DNA from: Chiloscyllium plagiosum
Lineage: Eukaryota
Assembly (NCBI RefSeq): GCF_004010195.1
Contig: NC_057754.1
Span: 7,300,871-7,351,386, forward strand
Length of the DNA stretch: 50,516 nt
Direction: 5' to 3'
Shown here: positions 22,206 to 34,091 of the stretch, piece after piece
How positions within the stretch are numbered: position 1 is the stretch's first letter
Layout of the letters: each line of letters opens with the position of its first letter
Made by a program: the position numbers and the translations under genes
The notes under the pieces: model-generated
Seen by the model: only the letters and a program-made list of their open reading frames with translations
Databases searched by the model: none
Told to the model about the DNA's origin: nothing

Positions 22206-22620
22206 TTGAGTTTTGTCGAGTCTGTGGGCAGAATTGGTGAAAGAGGTGATGAGAAGGGAGAATGATGGGGTGGGTTAGCTTGGGCATATACTTGCCACCT
22301 TGTCAATTATGTCACGGGCAAAAAGTCCATTGGGAACCTTCTTGAACTGTCAACAAGTAAGGCCCTTAAGTGGTCAATTAAGGGCCACTCAAGGGCGTCA
22401 ACTCGCCACCTCCCTGATTTCCTGCTTTCCCGGTAGGTGAGAAAGATGACTGGTTTCCCGATTAGGGAACTAGGCTTCCCTGGTAAGGTAAAGTGGTCTA
22501 AAGATTTCCTCCTCATAGATCGTTTGGTAATTCTTTTCTTAAAAACTTATTTCCAATCTTCTGACCTACCACCTATCTTTGCACAATTATATGTCTTTTC
22601 TTTAATACTACCTTTGACTC

Positions 22621-23163
22621 TGGATGTAGATTTGCTCGCTGAGCTGGAAGGTTCGTTTTCAGACATTTTGTAACCATACTAGGTAAAATCTTCAGTGAGC
22701 TTCTGGCTGAAGCACTGGTGGTGTAGCCCACTTTCTGTTTATATGTTTGAGTTTCCTTGGGTTGGTGATGTCATTTCCTGTTCTTTTCCTCTGGCTGGTA
22801 AATGGGATCCAAGTCAATGTGTTTGTTGATAGAGTTCCGGTTGGAATACCATGCTTCTAGGAATTCTTGTGCGTGTCGTTCCTAGGACTAGCCAAACAGA
22901 GACTTGCACCCATTTACCACCTCCTGAGAAAAAGAACAGGAAATGACATCGCCATGAGAAATGCCATGACCACCAGAAATGGCATCACCAACCCAAGGAA
23001 ACTCAAACATATAAATAGAAAGTGGGCTAAACCGCCAGTGTTTCATCCGGAGGCTCACTGAAGATGATACCTAGTCTGGTGACGAAATGTCTGAAAACGA
23101 ACCTTCCAGCTCAGCGAGCAAACCTACATCCAGAACCTCAACCTGAGCTACAAAACGCGCTAA
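22621..23163. mobile_element. Inverted-repeat PLE family-C derivative with hammerheads near both ends
   Basis: 22621-22760 is the reverse complement of about 22990-23132. Hammerhead on + at 23055-23094 (tca CTGAAGA t gatacc-tagtct-ggtgac GAAA tg TC tga); decayed copy on - at 22659-22698. Confidence 0.8.
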
Positions 23164-23164
23164 C

Positions 23165-24400
23165 TATCTTTGACTTTTTTGATTAAGCACGGATGGCAGA
23201 TTTGTCCCTTCAGATTTTTATTACTTATTGGAATGTATCTGCTCTGCACTTTCTGGGATAACTCCTTAAATATTTTTGCCACCGCATCCCTATTGATCTA
23301 TAATTCCTTAACTTATGCATTTGGAGGTCCATATACAATACAACAAACACAGTACTCTCATAGTGCTCCCTGCTATCAAAAAACCCAACCAAATCAGCAC
23401 ATTAGCTGCCTTTCTCAAGCTCATGCTGGTTTTCTTTATTAATCCACGTTTGTTTGAGTGTTCTGTTAATTTTGTCCCGACTTACTGTTCCAAAAAGCTT
23501 TTCTACCAAGGTTAATCTGACTGGCCTGTGGTGGCTGGACTTATTCTCTTATCCCTACTTGAACAAGGATGTACCCGTGCAGTTCTCCAGTCACCTGGCA
23601 TAACCCTGCGTCAGAGGAGGATCAGAGGATTATGGCCAGAGTCTCTGCAGTTTCACTTACTTCTCTCAGTAACATTAGATGTACCCCATCTGTCCCTGAT
23701 GACCTATCAACATTACGTACAGCCGGCCTACTTAGTTGGCTCTAACCTGCACATCTTTGGATTGTGGGAGGAAACCGGAGCACCCGGAGGAAACCCACGC
23801 AGACACGGGGAGTAGGTGCAAACTCCATACAGACAGTCACCCAAGGCTGGAATTGAACCCGGGACCCTGGCGAAGTGAGGCAGCAGTGCTAACCACTGAG
23901 CTACCGTGCTGCCCCAAGGGCAACTTGGGGCGAGCAGTAAATGCTGGCCAGTCAGCGACACCCATGGCCCACAAGTGAATAAAAATTCTTCAGTTTTGGA
24001 ACATTCTCTTCAATCAATACTGTTACACCCTGTTTTGCTTCTTCCTACTCCGTCCTGAACACCTTTTATCCAGGAATATGTAGTATCCAACAATATGTAG
24101 CATCCAGGCCTGTTCTTCAAAAATTGAATCTCCATATTGTCACAAAAGCATATTTCCACATGACTATTTGTGTGTACCTTATTTACAACACTTCACTCAT
24201 TTACCAAGTTGTACAATTTTGACATTATTACATTCCCTTCTAACCTGATCTCACCCATTCCCTTTCTATTTCCTACTGTAAAGATAATTTTTCTAATTCT
24301 CTGCACACATTGGTTTTCCTGTCTAATATTGCTTCCTGTCTCCCACATTCTGCCATACTAGTTTGGAGCCTTTCTGATCGTGCTAGCCAACCACCCCATC
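23165..24400 (-). mobile_element. Old degraded CR1 RT-region fragments
   Basis: Antisense CR1-like motifs such as gcagttctccagtcacctggc and aattagctgcctttctcaag. Confidence 0.5.
23741..23914 (-). mobile_element. HE1/V-SINE (5' half)
   Basis: Reverse complement: GGGGCAGCACGGTAGCTCAGTGGTTAGCACTGCTGCCTC...GGGTTCAATTCC plus V domain. Confidence 0.92.
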
Positions 24401-24494
24401 AGAATGCTTGCGCCAGTTCTGTTCAAGTGCAACCTGTCTGGTCTGTACGAATAGTATCTTGCCCAGAACTGGCCCCTGTATCCCAAGACACTTC

Positions 24495-25350
24495 AGCAAG
24501 GCATTTGATAAGGTTCCCCATGGAAGGCTCATTCAGAAGGTCAGGAGGAATGGGATACAGAATTGGCTGGCCAACAGAAGACAGCGAGTGGTAGTAGAAG
24601 GAAAATATTCTGCCTGGAAGTCAGTGGTGAGTGGTGTTCCACAGGGCTCTGTCCTTGGGCCTCTACTGTTTGTAATTTTTATTAATGACTTGGATGAGGG
24701 GATTGAAGGATGGGTCAGCAAGTTTGCAGACAACACAAANNNNNNNNNNNNNNNNNNNNNNNNNNNNNNNNNNNNNNNNNNNNNNNNNNNNNNNNNNNNN
24801 NNNNNNNNNNNNNNNNNNNNNNNNNNNNNNNNNCGCACTTGGAATACTGTGTCCAGTTCTGGTCGCCCTATTATAGGAAAGATGTGGATGCTTCAGAGAG
24901 GATTCAGAGGAGGTTTTCCAGGATGCTGCCTGGACTGGAGGGCTTATCTTATGAAGAGAGGTTGACTGAGCTCGGACTTTTTTCATTGGAGAAAGGGAGG
25001 AGGAGAGGGGACCAAATTGAGGTATACAAGATAATGAGAGGCATAGATAGAGTCGATAGCCAGAGACTATTTCCCAGGGCAGAAATGGCTAACACGAGGG
25101 GTCATAGTTTTAAGCTGGTTGGAGGAAAGTATAGAGGGGATGTCAGAGGCGGGTTCTTTACACAGAGAATTATGAGAGCATGGAATGCGTTGCCAGCAGC
25201 AGTTGTGGAAACAAGGTCATTGGGGACATTTAAGAGACTGCTGGACACAGAAATTTGAGGGTGCATACATGAGGATCAATGGTCGGCACAACATCGTGGG
25301 CTAAAGGGCCTGTTCTGTGCTGTACTGTTGTATGCTCTTCTATGCTCTAT
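24495..25350 (+). mobile_element. CR1 RT and 3' end
   Basis: [11 protein letters not shown]..., [46 protein letters not shown]; tail (ctatg)-like. Confidence 0.93.
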
Positions 25351-25730
25351 ACTGCTTCCCTTCCTCCTACATCATCTCTGCAGGCATGCATTTATCTGCT
25401 GTATTCCTCTGATGTCTAACCTCAGGAATTCTTGGAGTGCGCACGGGATGGTTTTCTTGACTGATATGTGGAGGGACCAACCAGAGAGCAGGCCTTAGAT
25501 TGGGTACTGTGTAATGAGAAGGGAATTATTGCCAATCTAGCTGTGTGAGACTCCTCTGGGATCAGCGACCATAACATGGTAGAAGTTTTTTATCAAGATG
25601 GAGAGTGAGGTAGATGATTTGGAGACTAGAGTGCTGAAACTTAATAAAAGAAACCATGAAGATATGAGGCGTGAGTCCGCCTTGAAAAATTTAGGAGAGT
25701 TATTTAAAGGGATGACAGTGGATAGGCAAT

Positions 25731-25838
25731 TAGGAGAAAGTGAGGACTGCAGATGCTGGAGATCAGATTCAAAAATGTCGACTCTCCTGCTCCTCAGATG
25801 CTGCTTGATCGGCTGTCCTTTGCCAGCACTACACTTTT
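25731..25838. mobile_element. Two-part inverted PLE family-A mini-insertion with 18-bp TSD
   Basis: TSD tgacagtggatagg(c/t)aat at 25713-25730 and 25839-25856. Confidence 0.8.
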
Positions 25839-25902
25839 TGACAGTGGATAGGTAATGGCAAACATTCAAGGGAAGCGTGGGGGAACTGCAAACGACTGTT
25901 TA

Positions 25903-26592
25903 GGGATGTAGGTTTACTCGCTGAGCTGGAAGGTTCGTTTTCAGATGTTTCATCACCATACTGGGTAACAGCTTCAGTGAGCCTTCGGATGAAGCACTAG
26001 TGGTGTAGCCCCTTTCTATTTATGTGTTTGAGTTTCCTTGGGTTGGTGTTGTCATTTCCTGTGGGATACAAGTCAATGTGTTTGTTGATAGAGTTCTGGT
26101 TGGAATGCTTGCTTCTAGGAATTTTTGTGCGTGTCTCCGTTTGGCTTGTCCTAGGATGGATGTGTTGTCCCAGTCAGTGGTTTCCTTCCTCATCTGTAAG
26201 TAAGGATAATAGGGAGAGTGAGTCATGTCGTTTTGTGGCTAGGTGATGTTCATGTATCCTGGTGACTAGTTTTCTGCCTGTTTGTCCAATGTAGTGAGAA
26301 ATAGGAACATTTCATTTACCATATCCCCCTATTTAGAACAGGAAATTATGTCACCATAGGAAATGATGTCAGCACAGGAAATGACATCACCACCCAAGGA
26401 AACTCAAACACATAAATAGGAAGCGGGCTACACCACCATCTTCATCTGGAGGCTCACTGAAGATGTTGGTAAAAACAACAGAAGATGTTACCTAGCAGGG
26501 TGATGAAACGTCTGAAAATGAACCTTCCAACTCAGCAAACAAACCTAAATCCAGAACCTCAACCTGAGCTACAAATATTCTAAAAACTCGCT
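25903..26592. mobile_element. Inverted-repeat PLE family-C derivative with 12-bp TSD
   Basis: Minus-strand GIY-YIG end (DWDNTSILGQAKRRHA) between inverted termini; TSD aac(g/a)actgttta at 25891-25902 and 26593-26604. Confidence 0.8.
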
Positions 26593-29500
26593 AACAACTG
26601 TTTATTCCTGTCTGGCACAAAAGCAAAATGGATGACAGCCAATCTACGGCTCAGAGACAGTATCTGATCCAAAGAAGAAACTGGCAGATTGGCCAAGAAA
26701 AATAATCGGTCTGAGGTTTGGGAGCAGTTTAGAATTCAGCAAAGAAGGGCCAAGGGATTGATTAGGAAGGGGAAAATATAATACAAAAGTAAGCCTGCAG
26801 GGAACATAAAGACTGACAGAAAGAGTTTCTATAGGTACGTGAAGAGAAAGAGATTGGTGAAGACAAATGTAGGTCCCGTACAGATAGAAGTGGGGGATTG
26901 TATAATAGATGACAAAGAAATGGCTGTGCAAATGAATACATACTTTGGTTCTATCTTCATACAAGAGGACACAAATCATATAGCCAGAAATGTTGGAGAA
27001 TGAAAGATTTTAATGAGAGGGAAGAACTGAGGGAGATCAATATTAGTACAGAAACGGTGCTGGGAAAATTGATGGGGTTGAAGGCAGATAAATCACCAGG
27101 GCCTGATAATCTACATCCCAGAGTATTTAAGGAAGTGGCTCTAGAAATAGTGGATGCATTTGTGGTCATCTTCCAGGATTCTATAGACTCTAGAAGAGTC
27201 CCTGCGGATTGGAGAGTAGCTAATGTCACTCCAATACTCCAAAAGGGAGATAAAGAGAAAACAGAGAATTACAGACCAGTAAGCCAGTAGTTCGGTAGTG
27301 GGGACAATTTTCATTATCAAGGACTTTATAGCAGAGCATTTAGAAAGCAGTGGCAGGATCAGACAGAGTCAACATGGATTTACGAAGGGGAAATCATGCT
27401 TGACAAATCTGTTGGGATTCTATGAAGATGTAACTAGTAGAGTTGACAAGGGGGAACCAGTTGATGTGGTATATTTGGATTTTCAGAAAGCATTTGACAA
27501 AGTGCGGCATAAGGGATTATTGGGCCAGATTAAAGCACGTGGGATTGAGGGAAGTGCACTGAAAAGGAAAGAAAATTGGTTGGCAGAGAGGAAACAAAGA
27601 GTTGGAATTAATGGGTCCTTTACAAATAGATGGGCAATAACTAGTGGGGTGCCACAGGGATCAGTGCTGGGTGCCCAGCTATTCACAGTATATATTAATG
27701 GATAGAATTAAGAATTCTAATAGAATTTGGATGAGGCAATAGAATGTAACATCTCAAAGTGGGAGGGGTGAACAGTGATGAAGATGCAGAGAGCCTTCAG
27801 CATGATCTGGACAGGTTGGGTGAGTGGGCACATCAATGGCAGGTGCAGCAAAATTTGGATAAATGTGAGGTTATTCACTTTGGAAGCAAAAACAGGAAGG
27901 CAGATTACTACCTGACAGGCTGTACATTGGGAGAGGGGAGTGTGCCGTGGGACCTGGGTGTCCCTGTGCACCGTCGCTGAAGGTAAGCATGCAGGTGCAG
28001 CGGGCGGTAAAGAAGGTAAATGGTATGTTGGCCTTCACTGTGAGAGGTTTCGAGTGCAGGAGCAGGGATGTGTTGTTGCAGTTATACAGGGCCTTGGTGA
28101 GGCCACATCTAGAATATTGTATGTAGTTTTGGTCTCCTTTTCTGAGGGAGGATACTCTTGCTCTCGAGTAAGTGCAGTGAGGGTTTCCCAGGCTGATCCC
28201 GGGAATGGCGGGACCGACGTATGAGGAGAGATTGATGAGGTTAGGATTGTTTTTACTGGAGTCCAGATGAATGAGGGGGATCTCACAGAGACTTATAAAA
28301 TTCTAACAGGACCAGTCAGGGTAGATGCAGGGAGGATGTTCCTGATGGTGAGTGTGTCCAGAACAGGGGTCACAGTCTGAGGATTTGGGATAGACCATTT
28401 AGGACAGAGATGAAGAGACATTTCTTCACCCAAAGAGGGGTGAGCCTGTGGAACTCAGTGCCACAGGAAGGAGTTGATGCCAAAACATTGAGTGTATTCA
28501 AGAGGCAGCTAGATTTCGCACTTGGGGCAAATGGGGTCAAAGGTTATTGGGAGAAAGCAGGATTAGGCTATTGAGTTGACAGAGCAGGCTCGAAGGGCGG
28601 AATGGCCTCCTCCCCCTGCTCCTATCTTCTATGTTTCTATATTTCACTTGTACGTTGTACTGAGGGATAACTAGAGATTATGATCTTTTGAGGCCTGATT
28701 TCTGGCCTCCTCCCTCGCTTCCCTAAACCTTCCTCCTTCCACCAATCTGGTCAATATCAATATGGACCATGATTTCTGGTAGCTCACCCTCCCCCTAATC
28801 CTGAATGAATGAGCTTGTGTAGATGGTCACTGGTAACAATGGGTGTGAAGGTTGGGTTTCTGCACTGAGAGGCAGTGATCTGTCACTCCAGAAAAATACC
28901 AGGGGCAGCAACGTGGAGAAGTGGCAAGGGTGCAGATAAGCTAACTGGTCATGTCAACAGATAGAGCAGAAGCAAAGGATAGCACCGATGGTGCTAGTGG
29001 GGGGAGGGGAAATAGATTTAGTAGGAATCGTGTTTGATGCTGTTCCCTCAGTTACCTAAGAAGATTTTACCTTGATCCAGTTTAGGAACTAATTTTCCAA
29101 CGACCTGGCACATATTTACCACACCATTTTCCAGCAATTAGCCAAACTTGGCGTACCATCAGTAACGTCTTGCTGCACACACTCATGCACCTGGGCGTTC
29201 TGGTTCTCCAGAGCTCTGTAACTGTGCATTGACTCAAATATTTTTATTTTTTTAATCTAGAAACGAGCAAAGACATCTACCCAAGCTGAAGGTGAAACCA
29301 CCCTGCAGCCTGGCTCATGGGCTTCAGGTTGGTACACTCTCCTTAGGCCAGGAGGATTACTTGATGTTCACAGCAGACAATGCACAATTTGGTTCCATAA
29401 TTTAGGGGCCTTCTAAGCAACAACATTCTCCAAGCCCATTGAGGTAACTCTTCCACTAAAATGGCAGGCAAAGGTTGTGAGAAACATTACAGCATTGCAA

Positions 29501-29654
29501 ACGTTAATTTGCATCTAACAGCTATCACCTATAAGCAAGATGTTGTCATTTTACTTCCAATGGCTGGCTGAACAAAGAAGGCACACTGATTCGATCTTGG
29601 TGTGGTGTGAGGGCAGCTCACACCGGCAGCTATATCCCCAGATCCTGACTTGGA

Positions 29655-30402
29655 TTGGTGTTGGGTCCACTACTTTTTGTCATTTATAAAAATGATTTGG
29701 ATGTGAACATAGGAGGTATAGTCAGTAAGTTTGCAGGTGACACCAAAATTGGAGGTGTGGTGGACAGCAAAGAGGGTTACCTCAGGTTACAACAGAATCT
29801 GGACCCAATGGGCTGAGAAGTGGCTGATGGAGTTTAATCTAGATAAATGTGAGGTGCTGCATTTTGGGGAAGCAAATCTTATCAGGACTTATACACTTAA
29901 TGGTAAGGTCCTAGGGAGTGTTGCTAAACAGAGACCCTGGAGTGTAGGTTCCTAGCTCCTTGAAAGTGGAGTCGCAGGTAGATAGGATAGTGACGAAGGC
30001 ATTTGGTATGCTTTCATTTATTGGTCAGAGTATTGAGTACAGGAGTTGGGAGGTCATGTTGCGGCTGTACAGGACATTGGTTAGGCCACTGTTGGAATAT
30101 TATTTGTAATTCTGGTCTCCTTCCTATTGGAAAGATGTTGTGAAACTTGAAAGNNNNNNNNNNNNNNNNNNNNNNNNNNNNNNNNNNNNNNNNNNNNNNN
30201 NNNNNNNAGGAAGTGGTGGAGGCTGGTACAATTGCAACATTTAAGAGACATCTGGATGGGTATATGAATAGGAAGGGTTTGGAGGGAATTGGCAGGGCAC
30301 TGGCAGGTGGGACTAGATTGGGTTGGGATATCTGGTCGGCATGGACGGGTTGGACCGAAGGGTCTGTTTCCGTGCTGTACATCTCTATGACTCTATGATT
30401 CT
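29655..30402 (+). mobile_element. CR1 3' fragment
   Basis: [45 protein letters not shown]; tail (tctatga)n. Confidence 0.92.
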
Positions 30403-31091
30403 AATCGAGGGCCATCAGCTTCAACTCACATGGGAATGTCATCCCTTCTCACTCACAAGACGATTGCAAATGGCAGATGACACAGAAGGATCCTAACAAA
30501 TTTGTAGGACAATTTGTTCAGAGGTTAGAGACCAGCAAGGTTTGTGATGCACCCAAGGGCACAGCCATATGCGTAAGCGGGCACATGGCGGTCCCAGCTG
30601 TGAAGACCAGTGCCCCAATGAGAATAAGCCCCACGGTTAGCTATTCAAAGTCACTGCCAGACCACGGCAGCAGATCTCCTGGCTGGAGTGACTACATGGA
30701 CGACAGACGGGGGTTTGGATTAAGTTTACACTGTCCGCCAACCAGCTATCCTGGGGCTGTTTTTCACTCTCACCAGGTAAGCCTGGAATTGCAGCACCGA
30801 ACAGGAATGACGATGGCGTGAAGGAACAAACCACCTCAGATCAGAAACTGGGGTGTGATCCACCACAGGCAGCCGCAGGAGGAATGCTTCAATTTTTACT
30901 CAGGTAATCAACTTAGACTTCTGCAAATTAACTGTTTGAAACGCTATCTCAAATCCAGCAGCCTTGCCTGAGCCAGACTGTGTTAATTCAAATTTAAAAC
31001 AGCTTAATACAATGAATAGGGGATTTCGGAAAACCAACTGAGATGATTGCAAATTAAGCACATTAGGTTAATGACCTTGTCACTGTTGATA

Positions 31092-31330
31092 TTAGATTAG
31101 ATTAGGTTAGATGACCTACAGTGTGGAAACAGGCCCTTCGGCCCAACAAGTCCACACCGACCCTCNNNNNNNNNNNNNNNNNNNNNNNNNNNNNNNNNNN
31201 NNNNNNNNNNNNNNNNNNNNNNNNNNNNNNNNNNNNNNNNNNNNNNNNNNNNNNNNNNCACCCGGAGGAAACCCACGCAGACACGGGGAGAATGTGCAAA
31301 CTCCACACAGACAGTTGCTTGAGTCGGGAA
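31092..31330 (-). mobile_element. HE1/V-SINE (gapped)
   Basis: (ttaga)n tail, cagtgtggaaacaggcccttcggcccaacaag, V domain. Confidence 0.9.
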
Positions 31331-31544
31331 TTCATATCTCACACAATGATTTTGATAACTGTTTTATGCTAGCCCCAGTTCCCTCCATCAGCCAAACCTG
31401 CTCAAAATGAGAAAAAAATTCAATTTAAAAAAGGTTAGTGTTAACATTTCAAATCCAATTACCCTTCTTCAGAACAGTGGACTTGAAATCTTAACTCTGT
31501 TTCTGTCTCCTTTGCGAAAGGTGAGTCATTCATTTAAATCTTGA

Positions 31545-34091
31545 CATCTGACATCGGAGAGCAGAGGCTTCTGGGAAACGAGAGATTTTGTTTTCCCCTC
31601 AGCAATGTAAGTGAGTGTTTTCTAAACCCAAGACCCTACCCTTGTAGGGCGTGCCGCCCATCCACCTCCTCTAACCTTAAACACCAGGGACACATCAGGT
31701 AAGTTTCTCTCATTTTTTACTTTCTGATAAGGGGACTAGCAGGGATGGCAATGCAGGGAGAGGAATGGTCCTCCTGCATGATGTTTGAGGTGAGGGACGC
31801 CATTAGTGACCCATCCAAGTACATCTGCAGGAAGTGCATCCAACTGTTGTTCCTCCAAGACCGCATTCGGGAACCGGAGTAGGAGCTGGAAGAACTTTGG
31901 ATCGTTCGGGAGGCAGAGGCTGTGATAATTAAGAGTTACAGGGAATTATTACTCCTCGGCACAAAGAAAGCTGGGTAACTGTTAGAAGGGGGGAAAATAC
32001 AGTCAGTGCAGGGATCCCCTGTTGTCATTTCGCTGAAAAATAAATATACTGTTTTGGATACTGTTTGGGGGGGGATCGATTTACCAGGGGCATGCAGATC
32101 TCTGGCACCGAGTCTGTCCCTGCTGCACAGAAGGGAAGGGGGGATAGGAGGGGAGAGTGTGAGTCATTGGAGACTGAATATTTAGAGGCTCAGATAGAAG
32201 GTTTGTAGGGAACGAACGAGACTCGCGGTCGGTGTGTTGCCTCCCAGGTGCCAGGGTCCGTGATGTCTCGGATCGTATCTTTGGAATCCTGAAGGGAGAG
32301 GGCGACCGACCCCAAGTTGTGGTCCACATAGGTACCAACGACATAGGTAGGAAGAGGGATAGGGAATGTTAGGCAGGATTTCAGGGAGCTAGGGTGGAAG
32401 CTGAGAGCTAGAACAAACAGAGTTGTTATCTCTGGTTTGTTACCTGTGCCACGTGATAGTGAGGCAAGGTATAGGGAGAGATATCAGCTAAACACGTGGC
32501 TGCGAGGATGGTGCAGGAGGGAGGGTTTCAGGTACATCGATAATTGGGGCTCATTTTGAAGAAGGTGGGACCTCTACAAACAGGGCAGTCTTCACTTGAA
32601 CCAGAGGGGTACTAACATCCTGGGTGGGAAATGTGCTCATGCTAATTGGGTGGGTTTAAACTAGCTCAGCAGGGGGATGGGATCCTATGGTGTAGTTCCA
32701 GTGCACAGGAGGATGAGAGTAGGGAGGACAGGGACAAGATTTCACAGTCATAGGAGTGTGCTGGCAGACAGCAAGCTGGTTTGAAGTGTGTCTTCTTCAA
32801 CGCCAGGAGTATCTGGAATAAGGTAGGTGAGCTTGCAGCATGGATAGGTACCTGGGACTTCGATGTTGTGGCCATTTCAGAAACATGGATAGAGTAGATT
32901 GAGGAATGGATGTTGCAGGTTCCAGTATTTAGATGTTTAATTAAAAACAGGCAAGGCGGTAAAAGAGGGGGAGGTGTGGCCTTGTTAGTCAAGGACAGTA
33001 TAACGGTGGCTGAAAGAACTTTTGACGAGGATTTGTCTACTGAGGTGGTATGGGCTGAGGTTAGAAACAGGAGAGGTCACACTGCTGGGAGCTTTTTCTA
33101 GGCCTCCACAAAGTTCCAGGGATGTGAAGGAGAGGATTGGCAAAACGATTCTGGGTAGGAGTGAAAGGGAGAGGGTTGTCATTATGGGAGACTTTAACTT
33201 CCCCAACATTGACTGGAAATGCTATAACTCTCGTGTGTCGGATGGATCAGTTTTTGTCCAATGTGTACAGGAGGGTTCCCTGACACAGTATGTTTGAAGG
33301 GCTGACAAAGAGGGGAGGCCACACTGGATCTGGTGCTTGGTCATGAACCAGGCCAGGCGTTAATTTAGTGGTAGGTGAGCACTTTGGAGAGAGTGACCAT
33401 AATTCAGTTACATTTAGTTTAGCGATGGAAAGGGATAGGTACATGCCACAGGGCAAGAGTTATAGATGGGGGAAGGGCAATTATAATGTGATTAGGCAAG
33501 ACTTAGGAGGCATAGAATGGCGTAGCAAAATGCAGGGGATGGGGTCAATTGAAATGTGGAGCTGGTTTAAGGAACAGATATTGCATGTCCTTGATAGGTA
33601 CGTCCCTGTCAGGCAGGGGGGAAGTGATAAGGTAAGGGAACCCGTGGTTTACGACAGAAATTGCATCTCTTGGTAAGCGGAAGAAGGAGGCCTATGTGAC
33701 GTTGAGACGAGATGGTTCAGATGAGGCGATGGAGAGTTACAGATTATCCCGTAAGGATTTAAAGAGAGAGTTAAGAAAAGCAAAGAGAGGACATGAGCAG
33801 TCTTTAGAAGGTAGAATAAAGAAGAACCCTAAAGCTTTCAATACGTATGTGAAGAATAAAAGGATGACTAGGGTAGGAATAGGGTCAGTCAAAGACAGAA
33901 GTGGGAAGTTGTGTGTGCACCCTGTGGAGATCAGACAGGTGCTAAACAAAGATTTCTAATCTGTTTTCACTCAGGAAAAGGAAAATATTGTAGAGAAGAA
34001 GAATGAGATACGAGATATTAGACAGTAAAGGATTGAAGTCAGTAAGGAGGTGGTGTGATCAATTCTAGAAGGTGTGAAAGTAGATAAATCC
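31545..34091 (+). mobile_element. CR1 5' portion: 5' UTR, ORF1 (zinc finger and SGNH esterase) and ORF2 APE domain, cut off by the satellite
   Basis: ORF1 about 31745-32664: SSCMMFEV..YICRKCIQL, CCLPGARVRDVSDR, VVVHIGTNDIG. ORF2 from about 32775: LKCVFFNARSI.NKVGEL, DVVAISETW, VIMGDFNFPNIDW, GEHFGESDHNSVTF, ending at VKVDKS. Confidence 0.92.

Larger units (their letters stand above)
25465..28642 (+). mobile_element. Long 5'-truncated CR1 ORF2 (end of APE, RT, 3' UTR), interrupted by two PLE insertions
   Basis: [67 protein letters not shown]; tail cctatcttctatgtttctat. Confidence 0.93.

Noticed and set aside
22361..22396. Imperfect palindrome gcccttaagtgg...ccactcaagggc
   Set aside because: Probably the core of an old non-autonomous DNA element; its boundaries could not be defined.
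23830..23914. tRNA-like A/B boxes (also at 146-209, 6731, 42900 and 48763)
   Set aside because: These are SINE heads; no complete cloverleaf, and most are followed by a V domain.
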